Positions 32,196 to 43,931 of a stretch of 64,000 nucleotides of DNA are shown one piece after another. The notes below the pieces were generated by a model, which searched no databases, was not told the origin of the DNA, and saw only the letters and a list, made by a program, of their open reading frames with translations. Origin of the DNA: an uncultured Gammaproteobacteria bacterium (GTDB taxonomy: Bacteria; Pseudomonadota; Gammaproteobacteria; JAURND01). Positions within the stretch are counted from its first letter, which is position 1. Each line of letters starts with the position of its first letter. The DNA is taken from the NCBI GenBank assembly GCA_963714975.1, contig CAVQQD010000001.1, positions 64,001-128,000 on the forward strand. The letters run 5' to 3'. The translations under genes and the position numbers were made by a program.

Positions 32196-33035
32196 ATGAA
32201 AATTTGGACAGTCGATACATTTACCATTCAAGCTTATTCAGGTAATCCAGCTGCCGTTATGATTGTGGAAAATTTTCCAAAAGATAAACTATGCCAACAA
32301 ATTGCGTCTGAGATGAATCTCTCTGAAACTGCTTTTGTTAAGCCATTAGCTCAAGATCATTTTCATATTCGATGGTTCACTCCAACGGTGGAGGTGAAAC
32401 TCTGTGGTCACGCTACTTTAGCAGCTGCGCATATTTTGTATCAAAATAAGTTAGCGCAAGGAGATAAAATCCTCCTTGAATCTTTGAGTGGCCCACTTAG
32501 TGTTTACAAAAATGCAGTAGCATTAACGCTTGATTTCCCTTTGCAACCCGTGAGCGCCAGCTTAGATAGGCATATTTTTGAAGGTATTATTGAGGGAAAT
32601 ATCATTGCCGCAGCCAAGGCCTTAGATGACATTATACTGGAATTTCCGTCGGAAACTGCGGTAAGAAATTTTCATCCTATTATTGAAAAAATTAACACGA
32701 TCGATTGTCGTGGATTGATTATCACGGCCGCAGCCGATCAAAAATACGACTTTGTTTCAAGATTTTTTGGGCCGCGCGTAGGAGTTTCAGAAGATCCGGT
32801 AACTGGTTCCGCTCATTGTAAACTAGCGGATTATTGGCAGAAAAAATTAAATAAAACTGAATTTCTAGCCTATCAAGCATCTCCGCGAGGAGGTGAAATT
32901 ACGCTTTCAATTCGAGGCAGTCGTGTTCTACTCACGGGAAATGCAGTCACTATTTTGGAGGCTAATTGGCTAGCTGCTCTATCTTCTACTGAGGAAGAAG
33001 CTGGAGAAACCAAGACTAATTCCAATATTTTCTAG
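32196..33035 (+). CDS. PhzF-family isomerase
   Basis: VD.F....GNPAAV, NLSETAF, IRWFTP..EV.LCGHATLA, EDPVTGSAHC. Confidence 0.95.
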   Translation: MKIWTVDTFTIQAYSGNPAAVMIVENFPKDKLCQQIASEMNLSETAFVKPLAQDHFHIRWFTPTVEVKLCGHATLAAAHILYQNKLAQGDKILLESLSGPLSVYKNAVALTLDFPLQPVSASLDRHIFEGIIEGNIIAAAKALDDIILEFPSETAVRNFHPIIEKINTIDCRGLIITAAADQKYDFVSRFFGPRVGVSEDPVTGSAHCKLADYWQKKLNKTEFLAYQASPRGGEITLSIRGSRVLLTGNAVTILEANWLAALSSTEEEAGETKTNSNIF

Positions 33036-33110
33036 ATATTTTTAGATTCATGCATTATGAAAATGCAAAGTGTTGCATTGGTTAAAATTACTGGGTTGGG
33101 GTGGACGAAT

Positions 33111-34754
33111 TTAACATAATGCATTGGTTAATTGTTGTAATTGGGTACCCAAAAATTCGGCATTTTCTGAATAATCTACTGGGACATCGATTAAATGCAC
33201 CCCGTGAGTTTCCAAGCAATAACTCAAGATAGTTTTCAGTTCGGCAGCTTTTGTTACACGGTGCCCATGCGCGCCATAGCTTTCTGCATATTTCACAAAA
33301 TCAGGATTATTAAAATCGAGACCATAATTAGGAAAATGCATGGCTTCTTGTTTCCACTTGATCATTCCATAACCGTTATCTCTCAGCAATAAAATCACAA
33401 TATGCATATTTAAACGCACCGCCGGCTCGAGTTGATGGGAATTCATCATAAAGCCACCGTCACCACAAACAGCGACCACTTGACGATGGGGGTGAACCAT
33501 TTTGGCCGCCATAGCCGAAGACAAACCAGCGCCCATGGTGGCTAATGCATTATCCAGCAGCACGGTATTGGGCATATATGCGGGATAATTGCGAGCGAAC
33601 CAAATCTTATACATACCATTATCCAGTGCGAGGATCCCATCGGCTGGCATCACTTCGCGCACGTCTTTGACCAATCTCGGCGGGAAAATAGGAAAACGTG
33701 GATCATCACTGCCATCATCAACATGACGAGCTACTTCAACTTTGACGCGATGGTAATAGCTAAAATCCCAAAATTCAGAAGGTTTTATCATGTGGGTTAA
33801 TCGTTCAATCGTCGAACCTAAATCGCCAATCACTTCTAAGTTAGGGAAATAAACATCATCGATTTGCGCTGGACTAAAATTCATGTGAATTACTTTGGCG
33901 CCATTATGACGCATGAAAAACGGTGGTTTCTCGACGATGTCATGGCCGATATTGATGATCAAATCTGCGCGATTAATAGCACAATGCAAGTAATCCTTGT
34001 CCGATAAGGCAGCGGTTCCCAAGTATAATTCGCTACGTTCATCAATGACGCCTTTGCCCATTTGCGTATCGAAAAAGGGGATGCCTGTTTTATCGAGCAA
34101 AGCGTTCAGCTGATCTGAAATAGAATTACGGCTCGCACTAGCGCCAATTAAAATTAAGGGCCGTATGGCTTGTTCAATCAGTTCACAGGCGTGCTTAATA
34201 GCTAACAGATCCGCGTCTGGGCGTAATACGACGTTAATTTCAAATAATGTTGTGTTGCAGTCTTCTCGTGCAATATCTTCTGGCAATTCTAAATGCACCG
34301 CACCGGGACGTTCTGTTTCAGCTTGGCGAAAAGCTTCACGAACCAAGTTGGGAATGGTATTGCCATTGACGATTTGTTTGGTCATTTTCGTCAAGGGGCG
34401 CATCATTTCGACGACATCAATAATTTGAAACTTACCTTGTTTGCTTTCTTTGATAGGTTTTTGCCCTGTGATCATCAGCATCGGCATGGCGCCGAGTTGC
34501 GCATGGGCTGCAGCTGTCACTAAATTAGTCGCCCCCGGTCCCAAAGTTGCTAAGCACACTCCAGTTTTACCCGTCAGCCTGCCGTAAGTAGCCGCCATGA
34601 AGCCGGCCGCTTGTTCGTGACGCAGCACAATTAATTGAATGCTGGAAGTACGAATGGATTCCAGCAAATCCAAATTTTCTTCACCGGGCACCGCAAAAAT
34701 ATGCTGCACGCCTTCGTTAACTAATGCTTGTATAAATACATCCGAGGCTTTCAT
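33111..34754 (-). CDS. Acetolactate synthase large subunit (ThDP-dependent)
   Basis: VPGEENL, RHEQAAGFMA..YGR.TG, TLGPGATN, GDGGF.M...DN motif. Confidence 0.95.
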   Translation of the reverse strand: MKASDVFIQALVNEGVQHIFAVPGEENLDLLESIRTSSIQLIVLRHEQAAGFMAATYGRLTGKTGVCLATLGPGATNLVTAAAHAQLGAMPMLMITGQKPIKESKQGKFQIIDVVEMMRPLTKMTKQIVNGNTIPNLVREAFRQAETERPGAVHLELPEDIAREDCNTTLFEINVVLRPDADLLAIKHACELIEQAIRPLILIGASASRNSISDQLNALLDKTGIPFFDTQMGKGVIDERSELYLGTAALSDKDYLHCAINRADLIINIGHDIVEKPPFFMRHNGAKVIHMNFSPAQIDDVYFPNLEVIGDLGSTIERLTHMIKPSEFWDFSYYHRVKVEVARHVDDGSDDPRFPIFPPRLVKDVREVMPADGILALDNGMYKIWFARNYPAYMPNTVLLDNALATMGAGLSSAMAAKMVHPHRQVVAVCGDGGFMMNSHQLEPAVRLNMHIVILLLRDNGYGMIKWKQEAMHFPNYGLDFNNPDFVKYAESYGAHGHRVTKAAELKTILSYCLETHGVHLIDVPVDYSENAEFLGTQLQQLTNALC

Positions 34755-34824
34755 TGCTCACTCCAGCATTAAGGAAACATTAAGATAACATATTGATAGA
34801 ATAAAACACAAACCGTATAGGAAA

Positions 34825-37800
34825 TCACGGCAGGGGAAGGGGTGTCTGCCCCGGCAAAGCGATACTTGCCAAAGTTGAAGTCGAGGAAGCGGAAGAGGAA
34901 GAGGAAGAACTAAAATGGGATTGTCCTGTAGTGGAAGGAGCCAATGGGACCCCCATAAGCTCCCTGAGATTTGATGGAATATAGTTTTTTAACCTGTTGC
35001 AGCATTGTGGATCTTTTGCCTGGGCTGCACTAAGCACAATTCCCATCACTTCTTGAGCCAATATGATTTCCGTACAGTTACTTATTTTCTCAATGAGCTT
35101 CTGTGCCTGTTTCGGATGACTTGTTTCCAAACTTATCAAAGATTCTGGAATAGCATCAGAATATTCGCGCAAGACATCCCGCACTGTGGATAAGTAAGAT
35201 TCCAAAAAAAATTCTGTTTTAGAAAAACCATATAAAGTGGCTTCAACTGCCCGCTGGGGATATTGCCCAGCCAGTTCCCGCCAATCCCCGTCTTTTTGGT
35301 GCAATACTTCACATATCTGCGGTAAAAAATCAATATGGACCGTGCCAAGCAACTGTACACGCGTCTCATCCTGTTGCTTACTCACGACCTCCACAAAATG
35401 CTGTTCTGCTTCTATTACCATACTCGGCTGCCTACCCTCTTTACCTAACCCCCACAAAAAAAGACCGGCATGAGACAACTCATCTGACAAGAAATTTGAA
35501 AGCCATAACTTTAACAGCGCCGCATTAAGCTTATCGCTATAGTGCTGATTTAAAATTTGCAAGCTCAAAAAAAACTTAGGAAGATTCTTTAAACTCTTCG
35601 CTTCATTCAAACCCCCTTGCAAAAAAATGCTTAATCGGTCTGGAGAATTATAAGAATCCTTCTCCTGCTGTGTCTCCTAAACAATATAATTCCGCCGTTA
35701 CATAAGCTGAGCCAGATAAACCGGGAGAACCCATTTGCGCCAGACTCTTTGAGTAAAAATTTGTCCAAGTATCCTGTTTCTTCTGCAGCTTAGCAACTAT
35801 GGGTAGAAAATCGGGATGGGCTGGGGCAATCATGTCATACCAATTAAAAGAAGAGTACTTAGTACGCACTTCATCATCTAGTCTTGCCTCGAATAGACCG
35901 CAGGCCCGTGCTCGAAGCTGCTGATAGAGTGTCGCATCGTGCTTTTGCAAGGCATTGCGAATTCCCTCACTGCTCTCACCCCAATTGGCTAAAATTTCTG
36001 CCGCGTTCCGGGGTTGTAATTCAAATAAAAAAATAGCCACCGGCTCAAGGTTCTGTGACGTTTTCACTAAATTTTTTAGAAATTCTACGGTTTTTTCCAC
36101 ATCTCTTTGATGATATGGACATGGATGCAAAGCATTGCGCTCAAATAATGGCGCTATTTCTCTTGGATGTTTTACTATTGCTCTTTTTATCACTGCTTGA
36201 AACATGCTTTCTCTAAAACCAAGAGCGCCGGTATTGACTGCCGCAATTATATTTCCTAGCCGCTCGGGATGGTAAACAAGTAATTGCTTTATCGCTAAAT
36301 CAGTAATAGAAATTTTTGAAGCCCGCGAAACTTTTTCATCGTCTAAGGTAAATAATTGCTTCAGGCTTTTGCACTGTGCTTGAGTTAAATTGGGGCTTGG
36401 ACTGCTTCCTAGGTTATACAGAATCACTTCTATAAAACGTTGAGGGGCCTTCTGCAAACCTGACTGTTGTATTTTGTTATCTGCGAAGGCTCGAGCCACC
36501 TGAGGCAAAAAATCCATATGTGCAGAAGCAAGCCATGAGCTATTACCGCTGAGAGATTTGGATTCTGAAACTCTTTGCTGAAACATGGCCCGCGCCTCAG
36601 CCAATAGTGCTAAACCCTCAGGACCTGCTTCTCTTAAGCATTCATGAATACGCTCACTATTCTTGCCCCAAAAAACCAAAAATGTCGCTGCTTTTAAATA
36701 CTGAGATTCACCGTGCGATCGGCGTCGGTAAGCGAGCAGCAACCGAGCTACTGCCTGCTCATAGGCTCCACTCGTATGCTGAGACAGTTCTTTTAGCACA
36801 GAACACAATGCTCCGAAATTTTCCTCAGCCTCCTGCGGATTATCAGTACGCAGCGCTATACAGAATAAACTTACCGCTTGGTCAGGGTGACCTACTATTA
36901 ATCTTGCCAAAGCCTCCTGGCGATTTTCTAGTTCTTCACTAGGCTGTAAATAGCAACGAAGTTCCTCATGAGCCTGCTCATAAGGATAAAAGCTCAATCG
37001 ATACCATTCAATTTTAAACGCAGTAACAGCCTCTCTTGGTATTTTAGTCTGCGAAGATTTCGATTCTGCAGCTTTTAAAGCTTCTATGTCGGCCTCGGTG
37101 GCGAGGTTTGACACCGTGGGCAATAACATTGACGACGCATTCGCCAAGCGCTTTAGCCTATCGTCACTACCAGAGGCATCAGCAGCGAGCTTCTGACGCA
37201 GCCAGTTGGAGCTGAGGCGATGCAAGCTAACATAGTGGTCTGGGTCTAGTCGTTCTAATTGTCCACGAATGACTCCATTGTCGGAATTGCCAAACTCTAA
37301 TTCACCCATAAGCTCAACTGCTAAGTCAGTATTCTCTTTGCTTAGATGGAGTAAAAACTGGGCTGCAATGGCAGGGCCATGATTTTTTCTTAAATCCTCC
37401 AGCACACTAACCAGATGGTCAATGGTACCTCGGTTTTCTACACAGCTGCGACACCAAAATTGAGCAAGTGCTTGAGGTTCTTGGTAAATTAGGCTGACTA
37501 AGCTCTGCATTAATCCCATTGTTTCTGCAATGCTTTGGACTTTCTGTTGTTTATTGGTTTGATTTTTCCAATATTCCCAGCTGGTTTTTGCCAATAATGC
37601 AAGCATAGCCAATAACAACACAGACCCCAGGATCTCTAACGTCAGTACCCCATTGTCACTTTCCAGGACATCAGAAAATTGGTGTAAAGAAGCTGTCCCT
37701 ACGATGAGGAGAGTCGCTAAAATTGCATACTTCGCCTTGTTATTCCCAAGGTGTTTACTCAGCCAAGATCTTTGTTGCTCTAAAAGCAGTTCATTTTGTT

Positions 37801-38335
37801 GGCGCAAAGTCGCAACGTCGAGTTGCTTTGAATTTATATCCTCCTTTTTGTCCTCTTTAGTATCAAGGAGGGGCAGGTCAGGGACTATCGGTCTCACAGA
37901 TAGAGGTGCCGAGAAGGGAAAGGTGGGGACTGTTGTTGTACCAAAAGCGGCCGATTTACACCGGGATAAATAATCGGCAATTATATCCAATCTAGACTTG
38001 AAGGAGGCTATTTCCTCCCTCATCCGCTGATATTCTGGCTCATACTCGGTTTGAAATCCCTCGTTAAATTCGTCGAGTAACTGCTGAACATCCTTAAAGC
38101 GATTAGTAACTAAATCAGCAGCTACGCCAGAGCTTAAGCGCACAGATTTTTCAAGGTCGTCAAGTTTGCGGATAAGAACTTTCCAGGTTCCGAGGTAATC
38201 AAATATTGTTAGCTTGGTTTCTTTTATTTCAAACTCTAACTGAATTGGAGGGCTTTCCTTAGAATAATCATCAAACAGTCTCCACGGGGTTTGCTGAAAT
38301 ATCAGCTGAAATATCATCAGTCCAGACATTGCCAT
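34825..38335 (-). CDS. Very large alpha-helical effector-like protein, probably one gene with a frameshift near 35620-35650
   Basis: 895-aa and 265-aa ORFs; coiled coil, two TM helices, repeated (A)H.DFLP unit, Ser-rich tail. Confidence 0.5.
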
Positions 38336-38444
38336 TTTCTTGGCCCTCTTCTTTAAACTCCATAGACCATAACCTCATTATGTTAATTGCCCGAACTCAT
38401 ACCGTTATCTTGGCATTAAACCACAGTTTTCTTAAGAAATTATT

Positions 38445-39854
38445 TTGACTTCCTCCCCGCCCTAAAGGGCGAGGATTCCTACTGCGGTTACGCAACCTGT
38501 GCGCAACTCGCTTCGGTGGGTTCTTGCTTCCTCGAGCGACCTGACTGCGTCTTCTCTCCACAAGCTAGCAAGCGGTGCCCCCGCTCTAAAATATTGATCG
38601 CGCCAACCACATCGGCATGGTGGCTATAGCCACAACGCACGCACGCAAACTCAGCTTGCGTTTTGCGATTGTCTGCACAAACGTGCTGACAGGCAGGACA
38701 GGTTCGACTGGTATTTTTCGGATCCACCGCCAGAAAAATGCCACCGTTCCACTCAAGCTTATAAGCTAACTGGCGTCGAAATTCGCCCCAACCCTGATCC
38801 AGTATGGCGCGATTTAAACCTGCCTTTTGTCTGACCTGGCGACCGTGCTGCTCACAATTGCCTTTGGCAGATTTCGACATGGCAGCTATCTGCAAATCCT
38901 CAACACAGACGAGCGCGTGGTTTTTGCTGATCGCGGTGCTGGTTTTGTGCAGAAAATCTTGTCTGACATTGGCAATTGTGTTGTGAGTCTTTTGAACCCG
39001 CTTTTGGGCTTTGATCCAATTACGACTAAATTTTTTCTTACGCTTCAAGCGACGTTGATAATGCACAAGGCGTGCTTGATGTTTTTTGAAGCTATTCATG
39101 GGTTCGACATAGGTTCCATCACTCATCGTAGCAAAACGTGTAATACCCATATCAATACCCACTGGGGTAGTAGCTGTTGGCAAGGGTTGACTCTCTTCAC
39201 GCTCGGTCTGCACTGATACAAACCACAAGCCATTGCATTGCTTAACGATGACGTTTTTAATTTTCCCTACTACATCGCGACTGTTGCGATAGCGTATCCA
39301 TCCCAATTTTGGCAGAAAAATACGGTTATTATCTTGATCCAGCTTAAACCCTTGTGGAAAACGAAAACTAGCTGATGAGTGAGCTTTTTTCTTGAATTTG
39401 GGGAAAGCAGCACGGTGGGCGAAGAAGTTTTTAAATGCGCGATCAAGGTCTTTAGTGACTTGTTGCAAGGTTTGGGAAGGCGATTGTTGCAGGTAGGGCA
39501 TTTCTTTTTTCCATACTAACAACCAGTGATTCATACCAAAGCTATGGGTAAACGGTTTGTTTTCGGCATAGAGCTCTTGTTGACGCGCTAATGCTAAATT
39601 CCAAACCTTACGTGCATTACCCGCAAACTGACTCATCGCGCGTTTTTGCGCACCATTCGGCTCAATACGGAATTTAAATGCTTTCTGGATTTTCATGCGA
39701 CTATTATATTCTGGTCTATGCCAAACTCAATACAGTAAGGAGCGAATCCAAAACGGCTAGACACTACAGTACATTGAGCAGCAACCAAAACCCAAATAAT
39801 CGAAGGAGTGCCTTACATCCCCGCCATGAATGACGGGGTCTTACGGCACGATGG
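38445..39854 (-). mobile_element. IS200/IS605 element with intact tnpB and internally deleted tnpA
   Basis: Left-end hairpin 39818-39838, right-end hairpin plus GGAAGTCAA ending at 38445, tnpA stubs at 39718-39799. Confidence 0.85.
38488..39696 (-). CDS. tnpB: RNA-guided endonuclease TnpB
   Basis: HTH_OrfB N-terminus, VGIDMG / VEDL / ADVVGAINI RuvC triad, CPAC..CVRC zinc finger. Confidence 0.95.
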   Translation of the reverse strand: MKIQKAFKFRIEPNGAQKRAMSQFAGNARKVWNLALARQQELYAENKPFTHSFGMNHWLLVWKKEMPYLQQSPSQTLQQVTKDLDRAFKNFFAHRAAFPKFKKKAHSSASFRFPQGFKLDQDNNRIFLPKLGWIRYRNSRDVVGKIKNVIVKQCNGLWFVSVQTEREESQPLPTATTPVGIDMGITRFATMSDGTYVEPMNSFKKHQARLVHYQRRLKRKKKFSRNWIKAQKRVQKTHNTIANVRQDFLHKTSTAISKNHALVCVEDLQIAAMSKSAKGNCEQHGRQVRQKAGLNRAILDQGWGEFRRQLAYKLEWNGGIFLAVDPKNTSRTCPACQHVCADNRKTQAEFACVRCGYSHHADVVGAINILERGHRLLACGEKTQSGRSRKQEPTEASCAQVA

Positions 39855-40110
39855 ACAAGGCAAAATAATAGTTTAAGTGGAGTGAGAAAGTACAAAAAGC
39901 TGTTTTGCGCGAACACACGATAAGCTAAAATGGTTGCAACCATGATGAAAATCTCCGGTTAAGATTTTTGTTGTGGCCAGCAGTCGGCGAGGTGTTGAGA
40001 CCTCGTCGATTGCGCTTGAGTATTATCATCAGACTTTCTTAACAATGCAATACCTTATTTAATTTTTTTATGTAATTTTAAATTTGACAAAGACTGAAAG
40101 GAGCTTAAAG

Positions 40111-40605
40111 ATGGATAAGCGTAGTGAAAAAAAATCATCACAAAATGCTAACGTGGCTTTTTGGATTAATACGATGTCTGGTATTCACCGTTTTCCTTTC
40201 CCATCACATGGTTTCTTTACTACGATTAAGGCACAAAAACCTGTCAAATCTTCTGACATAGCTCCCAAAAAAAAAGAATTGAAGGAAGCTGTAAAAAAAC
40301 GGGAAGAATCCTCGTTTGTGATTTTAAAAAATGGTGCTGAACATCCAAAATCTATTGTGATATTACTTGCCAACACGTTGACTACTTTAGCTCAAAAAGA
40401 GCCATTTATTTTTTACGAATTAGTACAAAAATGCCGAGATCCCAACTATAAAGTTTGGCGAGATCCACTAAAAAGACTCAAAGAGCTAAATTTTATCGAT
40501 TCTAATGATGAAATACATGATATTACAAAAGACATTCTTTTATCATCAGTTACAGGAAAAGATGAGGAAATGAATATAGGGGATCCGATAGCTAGAGGGC
40601 CTTAA
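40111..40605 (+). CDS. Hypothetical protein
   Basis: Open frame with GGAG RBS; effector-like composition. Confidence 0.5.
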   Translation: MDKRSEKKSSQNANVAFWINTMSGIHRFPFPSHGFFTTIKAQKPVKSSDIAPKKKELKEAVKKREESSFVILKNGAEHPKSIVILLANTLTTLAQKEPFIFYELVQKCRDPNYKVWRDPLKRLKELNFIDSNDEIHDITKDILLSSVTGKDEEMNIGDPIARGP

Positions 40606-40629
40606 TTAAGCCCAAGAATGTTATTTTCC

Positions 40630-41373
40630 TCATTTTACAGCAGTGGCTATAAAAGTTATATGATCACTTCCATTCAAAAAACGAGTGATACGCTTGATAT
40701 TTTTAAAGCCGAATTTCTCTAAAAGTAATGCCATTTCAAATTCGTAATACCACATTATGTTCATTTGCTCATCTTCTTCTGCAATAATTTTATTATTTGA
40801 ATACTTAGTGTAATGTGTTTTGGAAAGCATATGCTGCTTAAATTTATCGGCTGTAGTATGGTTTTGGATTTCTATCCATTCTCCCGAAGGAAGTACAGTT
40901 TTGCGAGTACTGATATCTACCTCACCATTGTCGTATAGGGCTTCCCACGGCACAAAGGTATCTATGATTAGCTTGCCGCCAAGAGTCAACATCTCATTAA
41001 ATTTTTCTAATGCGGTCTCAGCATTTTCGCGAGGATAGAGCAATTGAAAAGAGCCAAATGGAATAATAATACCTTGATATTTCTGTGGCGTTGACCAATA
41101 CTCAATAGCACCCTGATATAATACAGCATTTAGGTGTAATTCTTGTGCACGTTGCCTGCAATGATTCAGCATAACCAAGGAACTATCCAGTCCGTGAACC
41201 TGATAACCGAGCTGTAACAATGGAATTAGCAGCCTTCCAGAGCCGCACATAGGCTCAAATAATAAATCCTTATAGGTAAATATCTCTTGATAGAGCTGCA
41301 GTTCCTCAGCTGAAGCAAATTTTTTATCTGCATCATAGAATTCAGCACAAAGCTGGCCATACATCATAACCAT
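40630..41373 (-). CDS. Class I SAM-dependent methyltransferase
   Basis: EPMCGSGR, GLDSS..ML, L..GGKLIID. Confidence 0.9.
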   Translation of the reverse strand: MVMMYGQLCAEFYDADKKFASAEELQLYQEIFTYKDLLFEPMCGSGRLLIPLLQLGYQVHGLDSSLVMLNHCRQRAQELHLNAVLYQGAIEYWSTPQKYQGIIIPFGSFQLLYPRENAETALEKFNEMLTLGGKLIIDTFVPWEALYDNGEVDISTRKTVLPSGEWIEIQNHTTADKFKQHMLSKTHYTKYSNNKIIAEEDEQMNIMWYYEFEMALLLEKFGFKNIKRITRFLNGSDHITFIATAVK

Positions 41374-41660
41374 CTGCTATTAAAAATGTAAACGAATATA
41401 CTCACCATACCGATAACCTGATCAGATAGCCGCTGCTTCTTAGCCTTAGCATCGGGCACCTCTACTTGAATGGCAACAAACCAGCGATCTGCTGTTCGTG
41501 ATACGGTGGCTCCTAATATCTTTCCTTCAAAACGGAGGGCTTCCGTCATTTTAACCCAGCCTATTTTAGGTAGGCGGATGGATTTTTCAGCTGCGGCTTT
41601 TTGAAAATATTCTTTTTGTGGTACTGTCGGATTGAGCGCAATTTTATGGGTCAATTGCAT
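41364..41660 (-). pseudogene. IS607-type TnpB fragment, internally deleted
   Basis: HKIALNPT..Q..YF.KAA, IRLPKIGWVKM.EALRF.GKI..ATVSR.ADRWFV. Confidence 0.75.
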
Positions 41661-41953
41661 TTGACCTCCTGTTTTAATGCCTCATTTAATTTTTTACGAT
41701 AATTTCTTAATCCGTATAATCGGGAAGAAAAACAATGCACAATGGTCATTAAATCTTGCACCATTTCTTGTTCTGGGGATAGCCTCTCTTGATTTAATAC
41801 CATAATCTCACACCAAAACGATTTAGCAAAATGTTCAAACCATTCAAAGCCAAATCGTGTTAGTCTATCACGATGTGCAAGAATTAATATCTTAACTTCT
41901 CTTCTTCCTATTTCATCCATTAACATTAAAAATTTTTTATGTAAACCACTCAT
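41651..41953 (-). pseudogene. IS607 serine recombinase TnpA, C-terminal part
   Basis: HRDRLTRFGFEWF, SPEQEMVQDLM.IVH.FS.RLYGLR. Confidence 0.85.
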
Positions 41954-42246
41954 TCACCCATAACCTCTTTGACCATCTTGATAGAGGCGAGTTCGTTTTT
42001 AAAATCTTCCGGATTTCGTATAAATCGGTCGATGTTGTAAACAGAAGCGACGGTGGCCATCCGTTTTGAATTCCTTTTTTCTCCAGGATGGCCCTGAAGC
42101 ATTAACCGCAATAGTTCGCGCCCCTCTTCTTGGAGCAGTTTTTCAAGTTCGGATAGGTTCATGGTTCTAGTATGATGATTTTTTAATGTTTCCGTCAACT
42201 CAGTAAATTTACATTCAGACGCTTCATAATAATTGGTTATTTTTAT
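41950..42246 (-). pseudogene. ISKra4-family transposase fragments
   Basis: ELE..L.EEGRELLR.MLQGH joined to GEK.N.KRMATVASVY.I. Confidence 0.65.
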
Positions 42247-42318
42247 CCTCCTGCGCCGTAAAACCCCGTCATTCATGACGAGGATATAAGGCGCACAACC
42301 GCGAAGCGAAGTGAGCGC

Positions 42319-42732
42319 TTAGTGGGGAGAGTTCTGTTGCTCGATATAGTGTCGAATGACAGAGATGGGCGCTCCTCCACAGGAAGCAGCAAAGTAACTG
42401 GGAGACCACAGTACTCCTTTCCAATAACACTGCAGATTTTGAGAGTGTGCTTGGCGAAGGCGACGAGAAGAAACGCCTTTGAGGCTATTGACTAACCGTG
42501 ACAACGATATTTTGGGTGGCTAATTAACCAATAAGTGCACATGGTCACGCTCTCCTTCCATTTCGACCAATGTTGCGTCAAAGTCTTCGCAGGCACTATA
42601 AAATACTTCACTCAAGAGCTCTAGCATGGGTTTTGTAAAAACACATTTGCGATACTTTGTCACAAATACCAAGTGAGCATGTAAATTAAAAACACAATGT
42701 CTGCCGTGTCGGATGTCCATTGAACTATTCAT
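42319..42732 (-). pseudogene. tnpA: IS200/IS605 Y1 HUH transposase, frameshifted
   Basis: HLVFVTKYR, E.DHVHLL, LKGVSSR, LWSPSYFA, YIEQQ. Confidence 0.9.
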
Positions 42733-42758
42733 AGACCAATAGTATATTCATTGGTACT

Positions 42759-43931
42759 ATGAAAATCAAAAAAGCCTATCGTTTTCGCTTAAAATCCAGC
42801 CAAGAGATTGAGCAGCAACTGTCCGCTTATGCAGGACATTGTCGATTTGTATGGAATAAATGTTGCCGCATGAATTTGGAACGCTTGCAACGACAGGAGC
42901 GTATTCTGCGCTATGCAGAATTTGATTTTTGGGTGAAGCAATGGAAGCAATCTGAAGAATATGGTTTTTTGAAAGAATGTCCAGCACATATCGTGCAACA
43001 AAAATTGCGTGATTTAGATCGAGCATTTTCCGATGCATTTGACAAAACGCAGCCAAATAAACGATTACCTCGCTTCAAGAAAAAAGGTCGTCACGATAGT
43101 TTTCGATTTCCGGAGCCGAAGCAAATCGAATTAGAAGGCAACCGTCTGAAATTACCGAAATTAGGTTGGATTCATTTTTACCGAAGCCAGGAGGTCATAG
43201 GGGACATACGAAATGTAACGGTATCACGGCAAGGAAAACATTGGTATATCAGTATCCAAGTACAACAAGACATCTCTTCGCAGTCAACAGCAGTCGATAG
43301 CGTAGGTATAGACGCAGGCATTGCAAAATTCGCGACCCTATCCAATGGTGACACTATAGAATCCTTGAATAGTTTTAGGCAGATAGAAAAAAGATTAGGG
43401 ATAGAACAGCGCAAATTAGCGAAGAAGCAAAAATTTTCTGGGCGATGGAAGAAGCAAGTGGCTCGAGTAGGGGCACTGCATCAAAAAGCATCGAACATGA
43501 GACGAGATTTTTTACACAAGACTACAACCCGCATCAGCAAAAGCCACGCGGTAGTGGTTGTGGAAGATTTGCAAGTAAAAAATATGAGTCGATCCGCATC
43601 GGGAGACTTACAAAATCCCGGGGTGAATGTTGCTGCGAAGTCTGGATTAAACAAGGCGATATTAGACCAGGGCTGGTATGAATTCAGGCGACAATTGGGA
43701 TATAAGCTGACGTGGAATGGAGGGATGTTCATTGAAGTATCACCCCACTATACCAGCCAGCGTTGTTCTCATTGTTTGCATGTTGCCAAGGAAAACCGTC
43801 AGACCCAAAGTGAATTTGTGTGTGTATCGTGCGGATATGCAGCAAATGCTGATTTGAACGCGGCGAAAAATATTTTAGCAGCAGGGCATGCTGTGATGGC
43901 TCGTGGAGCAAGCGCGTTGGGTGCGGCGTAG
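42759..43931 (+). CDS. tnpB: RNA-guided endonuclease TnpB
   Basis: VGIDAG / VVEDL / NADLNAAKNI RuvC triad; CSHC..CVSC zinc finger. Confidence 0.95.
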   Translation: MKIKKAYRFRLKSSQEIEQQLSAYAGHCRFVWNKCCRMNLERLQRQERILRYAEFDFWVKQWKQSEEYGFLKECPAHIVQQKLRDLDRAFSDAFDKTQPNKRLPRFKKKGRHDSFRFPEPKQIELEGNRLKLPKLGWIHFYRSQEVIGDIRNVTVSRQGKHWYISIQVQQDISSQSTAVDSVGIDAGIAKFATLSNGDTIESLNSFRQIEKRLGIEQRKLAKKQKFSGRWKKQVARVGALHQKASNMRRDFLHKTTTRISKSHAVVVVEDLQVKNMSRSASGDLQNPGVNVAAKSGLNKAILDQGWYEFRRQLGYKLTWNGGMFIEVSPHYTSQRCSHCLHVAKENRQTQSEFVCVSCGYAANADLNAAKNILAAGHAVMARGASALGAA

